Assembly: GCA_951406725.2 (NCBI GenBank)
Contig: OX597822.1
Span: 27,838,001-27,902,000, forward strand
Direction: 5' to 3'
Source of the DNA: Octopus vulgaris
Lineage: Eukaryota
Length of the DNA: 64,000 bases
Both the position numbers and the translations under genes were made by a program. The notes under the pieces were generated by a model. The model worked only from the letters and a program-made list of their open reading frames with translations, was not told the DNA's origin and made no database searches. Positions 52,998 through 64,000 of the stretch are shown piece after piece (the stretch's first letter is position 1; each line of letters opens with the position of its first letter).

Positions 52998-55900
52998 GTA
53001 CGATTATAATTGTAACAGCAATGATGGCCGTCTCCCCACGAGCCAATCAAAGCTAAAAAATGATAACATTATCGTAGCACCAAAATGTTTTTGGAAACTA
53101 AAAGGAAAACTAAATCAGTATACCAAATCGCTTGTCCTATGGTTAATCTGGAAGCGCGTCCCCCAGGGAAGAGCCAGCCTGGGATCGAAAAGTCATCAAC
53201 TGGCACAAACTCTTCTCCGAATACGGACATGGGTGGTCACTTGAACGGGAAATCCCCCAACTCGAGCCCTCCGAGTTCACCACCACAACCACCACAGAAA
53301 GAAAAATGTAAGCGGAACAAATGGACCCGAGAAGAGTATAAAGAAGTAATATACGCTTATTACTATGCATTAGGTAGGCCATCTCAAGAGAGACACACCG
53401 CAAACTCTTACAGTATATGGAGAACACGGAATCAAGACAGTAGGCCCTATTTGGACGAGAACAAATTAGCAAATGTGAGGAGGGATATCTTTAGAAATAA
53501 CAGACTCACAGACAGTGAAATAAGCGCGATCAAGCACGCAACGGAAAATGACATAAATATAAGACACAAAGGAAATGAAGAATCAGATGAACAGTATAGC
53601 CCGCCACGAGGCTTAATTGAAAGACTGCCATCTGACCAAAGTACGCAAAGGCCTGAAGATACAAGAAATTCTATTGTACCTGTTAAAGATAGCCAGGAAA
53701 ACGAAAGAACAACAGTAACTGAAGATCTCGCATTTGCTGAAGAACACAGAGAGTCTATAGCAGAAATGAGGCAGAAAATCCTGAATACGCTTGAAGTTGT
53801 AAGACATACAAGTATGAATGATAGAGAACCGCTTCATAAACTCTCAAATACAAACCAAAATAAAAAACAAATCCAAATTGGCAACTATGTAACAAATGAA
53901 ATAATACGAGAATTAAAACCTGATTTTACCGAGTTAAATGAAATTATTTACGCTTCTGCTAGGGCAATTGAAACCAGCTGTATGCCCCCGAAAAAACAAA
54001 GAAAACAAAACCTGGGAAGAAATCAAACCTGGAGAAGTAAAATTGAAACAGAGATTGAATTTATGAGAGGGGAAATATCAATATTAAATGAACTAATATG
54101 TGGAAATGATGTAAGATCCAGAACAGGAAGAAAGATGAAGAGAAAATTTGGATCCTCACCAAGAGAAGAACTGATATCAATAAAAGAAACGCTGAAACAA
54201 AAAGTCCAAGCAAAAGCCCAAAGAATACGAAGATTTGAGAAGAGAAACAAGTTTTACAAGCAAAATAATCTGTTCACATCCAATGCCAAAAAATTCTACA
54301 GAGAAATAGGGAAGGAGAAAGTAACCGTTAAAGACCCCCCTCCCATGGAAGAAGTTCAAAACTTTTGGAAAAGGATTTGGAGTGACAAGAAGACGTACAA
54401 CATAAATGCAGACTGGATTATACAAACTGAAGGATCCTACCAAAATTTACAACAACAAGCATGGGAAGACATCACAATAGCAGACCTAAGAAAGGCACTC
54501 ACGAAGGCCCATAATTGGAAATCCCCCGGTAAAGATAGGGTGCCGAATTTCTGGCTCGCATCGCTCCCGTGCGCACACGGTAAGCTAGTTCAGCTGCTCA
54601 ATGGAATTATGAGAGACCCAAAGAAAACACCTGAATGGTTAGCAAGTGGCATTACTTACCTACTCCCAAAGAATAACGAAACCAACCTTCCAAAAAACTA
54701 TCGGCCTATAACCTGTCTATCCACCACGTATAAAATCCTAACATCTATCCTGGCGGAGAAAACATATGCATTCATGGAGAAGAACGATACTTTCCCCATT
54801 GAACAAAAAGGGTGCCGCCGAGGCTCTTACGGATGCAAAGATCAACTGCTAATCAATCGTATGATCCTTGAGAACTGTCACAACAAGCGCAGAAATCTCA
54901 GCACCGCATGGATTGACTATAAAAAGGCCTTCGACAGTATACCGCATCCATGGATCTTGAGATCGCTGGACATCTTCAAAATTTCCCCTGTGATTTCAAA
55001 CTTCCTGAAGCACAATATGTCGTTGTGGAATACGAATCTCCAATTATACCACTCTAATGGAGTACTTGCCTCAGAAAATATAAACATCAACTGTGGAATT
55101 TTTCAAGGTGACTCACTTTCACCTTTAATATTCTGCATAGCCCTAATACCCCTTACAAGTGAATTAAACAGAACAGGGTATGGGTATAAAATTACCAATA
55201 AAAAAATAAGCCATCTATTTTATATGGATGACTTAAAACTTTATGGTAAAGACAATAATGAACTTGAAGGCCTATTGCGCACCGTGAAATCATTCAGCGA
55301 TGACATCGGGATGGAGTTTGGACTTGAGAAGTGTGCCAAGGCCACTTTCCAGAAAGGGAAAGTGAAGACCACAAATTCAGTCGTGTTAGATGTTGACACA
55401 GTCATAAGAGAGCTTGAGCAAGAACAAACATACAAATATTTAGGGATAAATGAAGGCTCTGGTATTCAGCATGCAAGCATGAAAGAGAAAATCAGGAAGG
55501 AATGTTATAGGAGAGTTCGTGCAGTCCTGAAATCTGAACTAAATGCACGTAACAAGGTGTTAGCTATAAATTCCCTAGCAGTTCCAGTTGTTACTTATAG
55601 CTACAATGTGTTGAACTGGAATATGAGTGAAGTAAAGAATATAGATAGAAAAATACGCAAGCTGCTGAGTTGTAATAGGATGCACCACCCAAAGGCAGAC
55701 GTAGATCGCCTTTACCTTCCCAGAGCCCAAGGAGGTCGAGGCCTGATCCAATTTGAACTAGCTTACAAAACAACCACAATTGGACTGGCCAAATATCTCG
55801 AAATATCGAATGACTGGATGCTAAAGCTCGTGGAAAATCACGAGAGACGAAAGAAGCTTCATTCTATCATCAAGGAAAGCAAAAAATTTGCTATTGATCT

Positions 55901-56947
55901 CGTGCAGGATACCCAAACTGAACAACCCGAGGGAAGTACGGCAACTATTGCTGCAAAGAAGGTGAAAATGATGGCAATGAAAAAAGCGCACGAGCAATTG
56001 GCTGATAGGTGGGAGGAGAAACCTCTGCACGGCAAATATGTGACCCGCAGCAAACAAGCTGATGTTGACCAGAAGCAAACCCATCAGTGGCTGCGGAGCT
56101 CAGGGCTAAAAGCAGAGAGCGAAGGTTTCATCCTGGCTGCTCAAGACCAAAGCCTATCAACCCGGAACTACCAGGCCAATGTGATGAAAAATGGAGCAGA
56201 CCCAAAATGCCGATTCTGCAACGACATGATTGAAACAGTGGACCACCTAATCTCTGGATGTAAAGTCTTAGCACCAGTGGAGTATAAATTAAGACATGAC
56301 AGAGTTGGCCAATATCTCCACTGGCTAATAAGTCGGCATTACAATATCAAAACTGCCGACAAGTGGTATAATCACCACCCTGAGGCTGTAACTGAAGGAG
56401 AAAATGTAACCATTCTGTGGGACTTTCCAGTACATACAGACCGAACCATCAAGGCCAATAAACCAGATATTGTTGTGAAAGACCAAAACAATAAAGTTTG
56501 CTTATTGATCGACATGAGCATCCCTTGTGATCATAATATCTCAGCGAAAGAGTTTGACAAGCTCAGAAAATATAAAGACCTACTCATTGAAATTGAGAAA
56601 ATGTGGCATCTCAAGGCGGTTACAATACCAGTGATCGTAGGAGCACTAGGAATGATCAAGAAGGGAACCGAAAATTATATGAGAATGATCCCTGGCTTAC
56701 CATCCCTGCAAGAAGTGCAAAAGATTGTCTTAACTGGTACATCACACGTATTGAGAAGAGCATTGTCGATGTGAGAACTGTTGCTGCTCATGCATTTTAA
56801 TTTAACTTTAAAAAAAAAAAAAAAAAAATGAACGAACTACTGAGTTTGGTTTAATGGCCTACCAATATACACTATGAGTTTCTTTGCCCTAGGAGTCGGG
56901 AAGACACTCGGCAAGAAATGGAAGAAAATTTGAAAAGAAGAAAAAAA

Positions 56948-56948
<1 letters not shown>
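52997..56948 (+). mobile_element. Apparently full-length R4/Dong-clade non-LTR retrotransposon in (TAA)n
   Basis: Short 5' leader, single ORF, ~175-nt 3' UTR and (TAA)n on both flanks. Confidence 0.93.
53085..56774 (+). CDS. Reverse transcriptase / restriction-like endonuclease polyprotein, 1229 aa, uninterrupted
   Basis: RT motifs NYRPITCL, WIDYKKAFDS, GIFQGDSLSP, FYMDD and YKYLG; CCHC knuckle CRFC..HLISGC; RHD; RLE motif KPDIVV..IDMSIP..K..KY. Confidence 0.96.
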   Translation: MFLETKRKTKSVYQIACPMVNLEARPPGKSQPGIEKSSTGTNSSPNTDMGGHLNGKSPNSSPPSSPPQPPQKEKCKRNKWTREEYKEVIYAYYYALGRPSQERHTANSYSIWRTRNQDSRPYLDENKLANVRRDIFRNNRLTDSEISAIKHATENDINIRHKGNEESDEQYSPPRGLIERLPSDQSTQRPEDTRNSIVPVKDSQENERTTVTEDLAFAEEHRESIAEMRQKILNTLEVVRHTSMNDREPLHKLSNTNQNKKQIQIGNYVTNEIIRELKPDFTELNEIIYASARAIETSCMPPKKQRKQNLGRNQTWRSKIETEIEFMRGEISILNELICGNDVRSRTGRKMKRKFGSSPREELISIKETLKQKVQAKAQRIRRFEKRNKFYKQNNLFTSNAKKFYREIGKEKVTVKDPPPMEEVQNFWKRIWSDKKTYNINADWIIQTEGSYQNLQQQAWEDITIADLRKALTKAHNWKSPGKDRVPNFWLASLPCAHGKLVQLLNGIMRDPKKTPEWLASGITYLLPKNNETNLPKNYRPITCLSTTYKILTSILAEKTYAFMEKNDTFPIEQKGCRRGSYGCKDQLLINRMILENCHNKRRNLSTAWIDYKKAFDSIPHPWILRSLDIFKISPVISNFLKHNMSLWNTNLQLYHSNGVLASENININCGIFQGDSLSPLIFCIALIPLTSELNRTGYGYKITNKKISHLFYMDDLKLYGKDNNELEGLLRTVKSFSDDIGMEFGLEKCAKATFQKGKVKTTNSVVLDVDTVIRELEQEQTYKYLGINEGSGIQHASMKEKIRKECYRRVRAVLKSELNARNKVLAINSLAVPVVTYSYNVLNWNMSEVKNIDRKIRKLLSCNRMHHPKADVDRLYLPRAQGGRGLIQFELAYKTTTIGLAKYLEISNDWMLKLVENHERRKKLHSIIKESKKFAIDLVQDTQTEQPEGSTATIAAKKVKMMAMKKAHEQLADRWEEKPLHGKYVTRSKQADVDQKQTHQWLRSSGLKAESEGFILAAQDQSLSTRNYQANVMKNGADPKCRFCNDMIETVDHLISGCKVLAPVEYKLRHDRVGQYLHWLISRHYNIKTADKWYNHHPEAVTEGENVTILWDFPVHTDRTIKANKPDIVVKDQNNKVCLLIDMSIPCDHNISAKEFDKLRKYKDLLIEIEKMWHLKAVTIPVIVGALGMIKKGTENYMRMIPGLPSLQEVQKIVLTGTSHVLRRALSM

Positions 56949-57020
<72 letters not shown>

Positions 57021-57244
57021 CGAAGAACGCGATTCCATTGTAATTTTATTGAACGATATTTCAACAGTATGTCCAGTTCGAAATAAGAAGTGATAAAAAT
57101 TCAGAAATTTAAACGGAAAGTATGAACGAGAGCAAGTAGCGTCCACACGTTGATGGAATGACATCATCAGTTTTTAAGTCTTTAACAGGCGAAAAGAAAG
57201 AAAAAAAAAGAAAAAAGGTAAGAAAAAGAGAGAAAGAAGAATGT

Positions 57245-57673
57245 TTAATCAAACAGTTTTGTATAAATTTGATGATGTTCTCCTGTCCTCTTATTCATTT
57301 CTCCAGGGCGTGATGTTAATAACCTGCAAACATATTTCTCCTCATATATTCTGAGAAGTGAAAGCGAAATAGATTCAGAATATTTTCTGAGAATATACAC
57401 TTTCAAGTCTTCTTCAAAATTGCAGCCGCTTGAAACGAAATGTTCAGCAAGTTCTGTCGAACTAATGTTATTGTAGCTGACGTCGAATCTGTGCCCATTA
57501 AACCTTTTGTTTAATTGTTCCGTTGTGCAACCAACATAAATTAAGTTGTGTTTTGTGCATTCTGCAGCGTACACCAAATAGGAATCTTTACATGTTCCAC
57601 CTTCTGTATAAATCATAACGTTTCTGTTATGATTTCTGATGGAATTCACTTCACTCATGTTGTTGCACAACAT
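57245..57673 (-). pseudogene. GIY-YIG endonuclease domain of a 5'-truncated Penelope-like element
   Basis: CKDSYLVYAAECTKHNLIYVGCTTEQLNKRFNGH...LAEHF...E...L...P.EMN matches the PLE GIY-YIG pattern. No RT upstream. Confidence 0.8.
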
Positions 57674-58038
57674 ATATCTGACTCCAAGAAAACGAACATC
57701 GGAGTATCTACACGCTGTACCTTAAAGAACAGCCGCAAGAGAGGTAAGACCTGTTCATTGTGCTCAACTGGATGATGATCACGACAATGATGTAGATGAG
57801 AAAGACGACGACGACTTCAGCGATGGATAAGATGAACTGTAGAACGCAGTGAAATGTAACACACTGATGATGGTGATGAAACTAAGTGAATTACTAATTT
57901 TAGAATATCAGTTTAAGACGAAAAAAAATTCAATCATTGATTGCAGTAATTTAATTTAGTGGCAAGCTAGAAATCTAACTTTTAAAAAAAATGGATGCAG
58001 ACTAAAATGAAGAGAACGAGCGTCATTAAGTGAAGGAA

Positions 58039-58102
<64 letters not shown>

Positions 58103-58233
58103 AAGAAAGGGTGACAGAGTGGTGTGGTTGTCTGTATTATCAGTGTGAAATCATGTTTTGACAAATAATTTTGTAAGATTTCAATAAAGATAATGTATAT
58201 TTGTATATACACACATACACATGCGTAGTAGTG

Positions 58234-58304
<71 letters not shown>

Positions 58305-58324
58305 TGTAGTAGTAGTAGTAGTAG

Positions 58325-58537
58325 TCCTTTCTACAAAATGCACAAGGACTGAAATTTTGGAGTAAGGGTCTAGATTACATCAAACCCAGTGTTACTCTGG
58401 AACTTAATTTGTCGGCCCCGAAAGGATGAATGATATAGTCATCTTCGGCGGAATTTGGCCTCAGAACGTTGCCACTAGCGAAATGCCGCTAAGCATTTCG
58501 TCCAGTTCTCTAACGATTCTGCCAGCTCACCGCCTTA
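58325..58537 (-). mobile_element. SINE type C
   Basis: Reverse complement reads ggcggtgagctggcagaatcgttag...cattcatcctttcgggg. Confidence 0.85.
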
Positions 58538-58545
58538 ATAATAAT

Positions 58546-58877
58546 GGAGCATCATAGCCATGTGTTGAGAGGGATTCTTTGGGGTTTGAATAATTCACCT
58601 CTGGAAACATGGGTGGTTCTTTCAACATCCTTAAACAACCCTTATTCAGGGACCTTTTGAGCGGGATGGGCTACTCAACCTGAAGAAAATTCTAACTGGG
58701 CCCCACCTGCAAGGTCATGCGCTGTTTATCTTGATATGAGATCACCATGTCGCGCACATATGGTTATGATGCATGTGCCTGGTGTACCCTTATCGGACGG
58801 GTAGTCATGATGGGTATATTGGGCTTCGTATATTTTACCCCAGTGTCACTTTGATGGCATGAACTGCTCTCTCACTC
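58546..58877 (+). mobile_element. Element X, 5'-truncated
   Basis: Ends ctctctcactc-(AAT)n and is preceded by taataataat. Confidence 0.9.
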
Positions 58878-58923
<46 letters not shown>

Positions 58924-58932
58924 GTAATAGTA

Positions 58933-58992
<60 letters not shown>

Positions 58993-59017
58993 GTAATAAT
59001 AATAATAATAATAATAA

Positions 59018-60730
59018 AATAGAACTGGATGCGGATATAAATGTTACGGCAAAACGATCAGCCACCTTTTATATATGGATGACCTAAAACTATACGCTGC
59101 AAATGACAAACAGCTGGAAACACTATTAAAGACAGTTCATGGATTTACCAAAGAAATGGATATGAAATTTGGATTAGAAAAATGCGCCAAAGTAACCATG
59201 AAAAGAGGAAAACTAGTTAAGAGTAACAACATCACACTAGATAAAACCAATGAAATAAAAGAATTAGTCCAAAGCCAAACTTACAAATACTTAGGAATCC
59301 ATGAACTAGATAAGACACAACACACACAAATGAAAGAGAAAATAAAAAAAGAATATTATAGACGAGTTAGATCAATACTAAAAACAGAGCTCAATGCTAA
59401 AAACAAGATAATACGTATCAACACTTTAGCTGTCCCAGTTATAAGTTACAGCTACAATATCCTTAACTGGACACGAAATGAACTGTCCAAAATAGATAGG
59501 AAAACAAGAAAAATACTGACAGGATCTAGGATGCATCACCCAAAATCTGACATAGAAAGACTATATATACAACGTATAGAAGGTGATAGAGGCCTTATAC
59601 AGCTGGAAAACTACTATAAAATAACCACCATAGAACTGCAAAAATACCTACTTCAGAAGGAAGGAAAACTGATCCAGATAGCAGCAAAACACGAGCAAAA
59701 CAAAAAACTGTTCTCAGTATTTAAGGAAGCTGACAAAGACAAACAAGAAATCATACCACCTAATAAACACAAAGAATAAGAAGAAGATGATGAAGAAACA
59801 ACAAAAGCTATAAAACAAATGAAATCCAAACTAAAAATAGAACAGCAACGAGCCATGATAAAACGATGGCAAGAAAAGCCCCTTCATGGTAAATACTGCA
59901 CTAAACTAAACGCAAAAGAAATAGACAAAGAAAAATCCCAGCAATGGTTGAGAAGCTCAGGACTCAAAGCAGAGACAGAGGGATTTTTAATTGCAGCACA
60001 AGACCAAAGCCTCCCCACCAGAAATTACCAAAAACATGTAATGAAAAGAAATATTACAAGTAACTGCAGAATATGTGGAGATGGACAAGAAACAATAAAT
60101 CATATTATCTCTAGCTGCCCAGTCCTGGCTAAGAAGGAATATATTCACAGACATGACAGAGTTGGAACCTACATACATTGGAAGCTATGCCAACATCATG
60201 GAATAACAACAGAAAAAAGATGGTATAGGCACACACCAGAAAAGGTCACAGAAAACGAGAAAGCAACCATATTCTGGGATAGGCCGATACACACAGATAG
60301 AGAAATTAAGGCCAACAGACCAGATATAGTTGTCAGAGATCATGAAGAAAAAAAATGCTTTCTAATTGATGTATCAATACCGGCAGATGACAACGTGTCT
60401 CTAAAAGAAATGGAGAAACTCTCAAAATACAAAGACCTGGAAATAGAGGTAACTAGAATGTGGAATCTGAAAACAGAAACAATTCCTATCATAGTAGGTG
60501 CATTAGGCATGATAAAAAATATTCAGACAAATACATAACAAAAACACCAGGACTTACAAACACATATAACATACAGAAAAATGCACTACTAGGCACTGCA
60601 CACATCCTACGCAGAACACTTTCCATACAATAACCATCAGAGCATCACAACAAATCACAGCACATACCCAAGGCACACAGAGCTGCGCTCGGTAGTGAAG
60701 TGAAAGCACGCTATAAAAATAAAACTACTG
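59018..60730 (+). pseudogene. 5'-truncated Dong/R4 copy, second subfamily
   Basis: Starts just before YMDD. ORFs 59075-59779 and 59819-60538 are in the same frame, split by one stop, with a frameshift near 60515. (TAA)n on both sides. Confidence 0.93.
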
Positions 60731-60753
60731 AATAATAATAATAATAATAATAA

Positions 60754-61308
60754 TGCCCTGATGCAGTATCAGGCAGTGGCTCTCATGGCTTCTGATCTTA
60801 ACTGATTGAAAGTACTATCATGTACATTGTTTTGTCTTGGTATAAAAGACTGGCTACAGCAAATATTCTGCTCAATACCACAGATTTGCTTGCCAGTTGT
60901 TTGACCTTAACCAGTTGAGCATGTCCCTTAATAGCTGACGATATGTGCATCTCTGAACACGAACAGATGTAGTGAGGGAGCATCATAGCCATGTGATGAG
61001 AGGAATTATTTGGGGTTTGAATAATTCACCTCTGGAAACATGGGTGTTTCGTTCAACATCCTCAATCAACCCTTATTCAAGTACCTTTTGAGCGGGATTA
61101 CTTACTCGACGAGAACATAATACTAACTGGGCCCCACCTGCAAGGTTATGCGCTGTTTACCTTGATATGAGATCACCATGCCGCGCACATATGGTTGTGA
61201 TGCATGTGTCTAGTGTACCTTTATCGGACGGGTAGTCATGGTGGGCATACTGGGCTTTGTATAATTTACCCCAGTGTCATTTCGATGGCATGCACTGCTC
61301 TCTCACTC
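60754..61308 (+). mobile_element. Element X, full length
   Basis: (TAA)n-tgccctgatgcagtatcagg...ctctctcactc-(TAA)n. Confidence 0.9.
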
Positions 61309-61362
61309 AGTAATAATAATAATAATGATAATAATAATAATAATGATAATAATAATAACAAC

Positions 61363-61420
<58 letters not shown>

Positions 61421-61432
61421 TAATAATAATAA

Positions 61433-61633
61433 TCCTTTTTACTACAGACACAAGTTTATGGGGAGGGGACTATTTGATTACATCGACTGCAGTGTTTCAC
61501 TGGTACTTAATTTATCGACATCGAAAGGATGAAATACATACACGACCTCCACGGCGCGGAATTTAAACTCAGAATGTAAAGACGGACGAAATGCCGCTAA
61601 GCATTTCGCCCGACGCGTTAACTGTTCTGCCTG
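61433..61633 (-). mobile_element. SINE type C
   Basis: Homologous to 58325-58537. Confidence 0.8.
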
Positions 61634-62887
61634 ATAATAAACAAAGATATAGACAAAATGAGTGAAGGAGTTTGATGTAGAATGTCGTGTAGAGCTTCTA
61701 TAGAATGTTTGCCCCTTAGCGACAGGAAAGATTATCAAGAGGCTTCTAAGCAGTTGAAAGACTATTGAAAGCTAGTGGATACCTAATATTACTGGTAGTA
61801 ACTCGCTACTTACATAAATCCTGCCAGGCCTAAGACCGAACCTGAGTCAAATTAATAACGATGATAATGATGATGATGATGATGATGATGATAATGGTAC
61901 TGAGGATGACCACAACGATGATATCGATATGTGTGGTGAGGTGAATGTGTGTCTGTGTGTCTGTGTGTGTGTGTATCTATATTTAAATATGTTACTTCCA
62001 GACATGATCGTGATTATAGAGCATACACATTATAAGTCAGGGGAGGAGGCACATTCACCAAGCATTTAGTTTCACAAGTCGAGGCACGCGGCTAATTTAA
62101 CACAACTGAAGGAATAATGGTTTCTAAACGTTTAAATACTTTTCTGATAAAAGTTATTAAACCCAACCGAAAACAATAGTTTGACTAAAATATAGCTGAT
62201 AAATCTTCGAAAGAAGTGAAGAAAAACTCTGACGACTGGAAATAGCAAAAATACAAAGAGCAATAATAAATAAAATAAAAGCGAATTTACTTATGAATTT
62301 AATCATTTCCATTCACAAACAACACTGAGGAAAACTGTAATCAGAATCTAATGTAATTAATATGGCGGCTTTGACAATGAAAGGGAGGATAATATATATT
62401 TTATTCAATAGAAATTCAAGGATATACAGGAAGGAGAGCGAAGAAGAAAGTAATGATTTCGTGAGGGAGGGATAATTCACGGAGACAGAGAGACAGACAG
62501 ATAAAGAATAAGTGCAAAAGGATACAATAGAAAATTATTAATTAAGTGACAAGATTTGTAATTAAGTACCTTATCATTGCTAATCAACAAATTAAACGAT
62601 ACTTGTAGAGAAAATCGTTGCACATGTTCGTCGTTGAAAAAGGAAGCTTTAATTAATAAATCTTTATGTTAAATTTGATAAGAGAAAAGTAAGAATCTAT
62701 AATTATGTTGAACCCATTCTTTATTGAGTTTTCTACTTTATTACGTACTTTAACAGTTGCTTTATTTTTCCATTTTTTTTTTCATTTCAAATGGGAAAAG
62801 TGATATCTTCTCACCAGATATTCTATTCTTCTATGTTGCAGCGTTAAACAGGATTTTCTCTTCAGTCTCTCACTTAAACCAGAAGTC

Positions 62888-62990
<103 letters not shown>

Positions 62991-63074
62991 TTCATCATCA
63001 TCATCATCATCATCATCATTATTATTATTATTATTATTGTTGTTGTTGTTGTTGTTATTATTATTATTATTATT

Positions 63075-63413
63075 GAGTGAGAGGGCAGTGCATGCCATCA
63101 AAGTGACACTGGGGTAAAATATACGAAGCCCAGTATACTCATCATGACTAAACATCTGATAAGGGTATACTAGGCACATGCATCACAACCATATGTGCGT
63201 GACATGGTGATCTCATATCAAGATAAACTGCACATAACCTTGCAGGTGGGGCTCAGTTAGAATTTTCTTCTGGTCGAGTAATCTATCCCGCTCAAAAGGT
63301 CCCTCAATAAGGGATGATTAAGGATGTTGAACGAAACACGCATGTTTCCAGAGGTGAATTATTCAACCCCCAAAGAATCCCTCTCAACACATGGCTATGA
63401 TGCTTCCCCATTA
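63075..63413 (-). mobile_element. Element X, 5'-truncated
   Basis: Homologous to 27283-27622 and adjacent to (TTA)n. Confidence 0.9.
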
Positions 63414-63480
63414 CAATGACGTAATAGTTAAGAGCGCGGGTTACTAACTTCAAAATTCCCAGTTCGATTCCAGGCAGTGA

Positions 63481-63484
<4 letters not shown>
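63414..63484 (+). mobile_element. tRNA-like SINE head followed directly by (TAA)n
   Basis: Decayed A-box (tgacgtaatagtt) and B-box agttcgattcc. No acceptor stem or CCA. Confidence 0.55.
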
Positions 63485-63569
<85 letters not shown>

Positions 63570-64000
63570 CCGGGGACGTTTAAGATGTGAGAACGACAAA
63601 AAAGTGCTCCGAAATCTATCCACAAACACCGAAAACAAAGACATCGTATGGAGCCAAAAATTTACTGACAAAGGATTGGACTATATCCGAGTAAGTAGTA
63701 CTCATTGAAATTTATTACTATTTTCGAAACGAAATGATGTATATTTAACTCGATATCATCTCCACCTCTAACACAACACATGTAAACACACGTGAAACAA
63801 TGCGATCCATCGACACCAGATCATCCCCGACCCCAAACACCATGTACAAAAAACTACGAAGAAATTAAATAACACCGATATTATTCAGCCCAAGAATAAC
63901 AATCGGGAAGTACGTACTTTAAACTTACAACACAAAATGTACGAAAAACTAAACGTGCAAAACAATGTGACAACAGAAATGAACGGACCGGTACCCTACG

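Noticed and set aside
52997-53084. HDV-like ribozyme at the Dong 5' end (tggc-cgt-ctcccc-acg-a-gcca)
   Set aside because: I can only build a simple hairpin; P1, P1.1 and P2 partners for the nested pseudoknot are not evident.
57048-57176. Minus-strand CTGATGA...GAAA downstream of the GIY-YIG ORF
   Set aside because: Stems I and II cannot be closed next to the core.
60754-60775. Resemblance of the element X 5' end (cctgatgcagtaycagg) to U2 stem-loop IV or a hammerhead core
   Set aside because: The match is too short, and neither further U2 sequence nor a GAAA/stem arrangement follows.
63567-64000. Possible start of another retroelement after (TAA)n
   Set aside because: No long ORF or recognisable motif before the window ends.

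Overview
This is AT-rich, microsatellite-dense eukaryotic DNA. The SINE families and the (TA)n/(TAA)n load suggest a cephalopod such as Octopus (inference). I could not support any host protein-coding gene; the window is almost entirely mobile DNA. Main contents: (1) An intact 1229-aa R4/Dong-clade non-LTR retrotransposon (RT + CCHC + restriction-like endonuclease) at 52997-56948, inserted in (TAA)n, plus at least six truncated or decayed relatives. (2) A ~550-bp non-coding element present seven times that uses the same (TAA)n target and polarity. (3) Penelope-like RT and GIY-YIG remnants. (4) About 17 intact or decayed type I hammerhead ribozyme motifs in several unrelated short elements. The most striking is a 358-nt circularly permuted, hammerhead-bearing unit inserted as a palindrome with a 13-bp target-site duplication (3404-4118), which looks like a reverse-transcribed retrozyme circular RNA. 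Also present: four tRNA-derived SINE types, Helitron/Helentron-like non-autonomous elements, a mariner remnant, MITEs and a U2 snRNA fragment. Ribozyme folds and alignments were done by eye, and the boundaries of decayed repeats are approximate.
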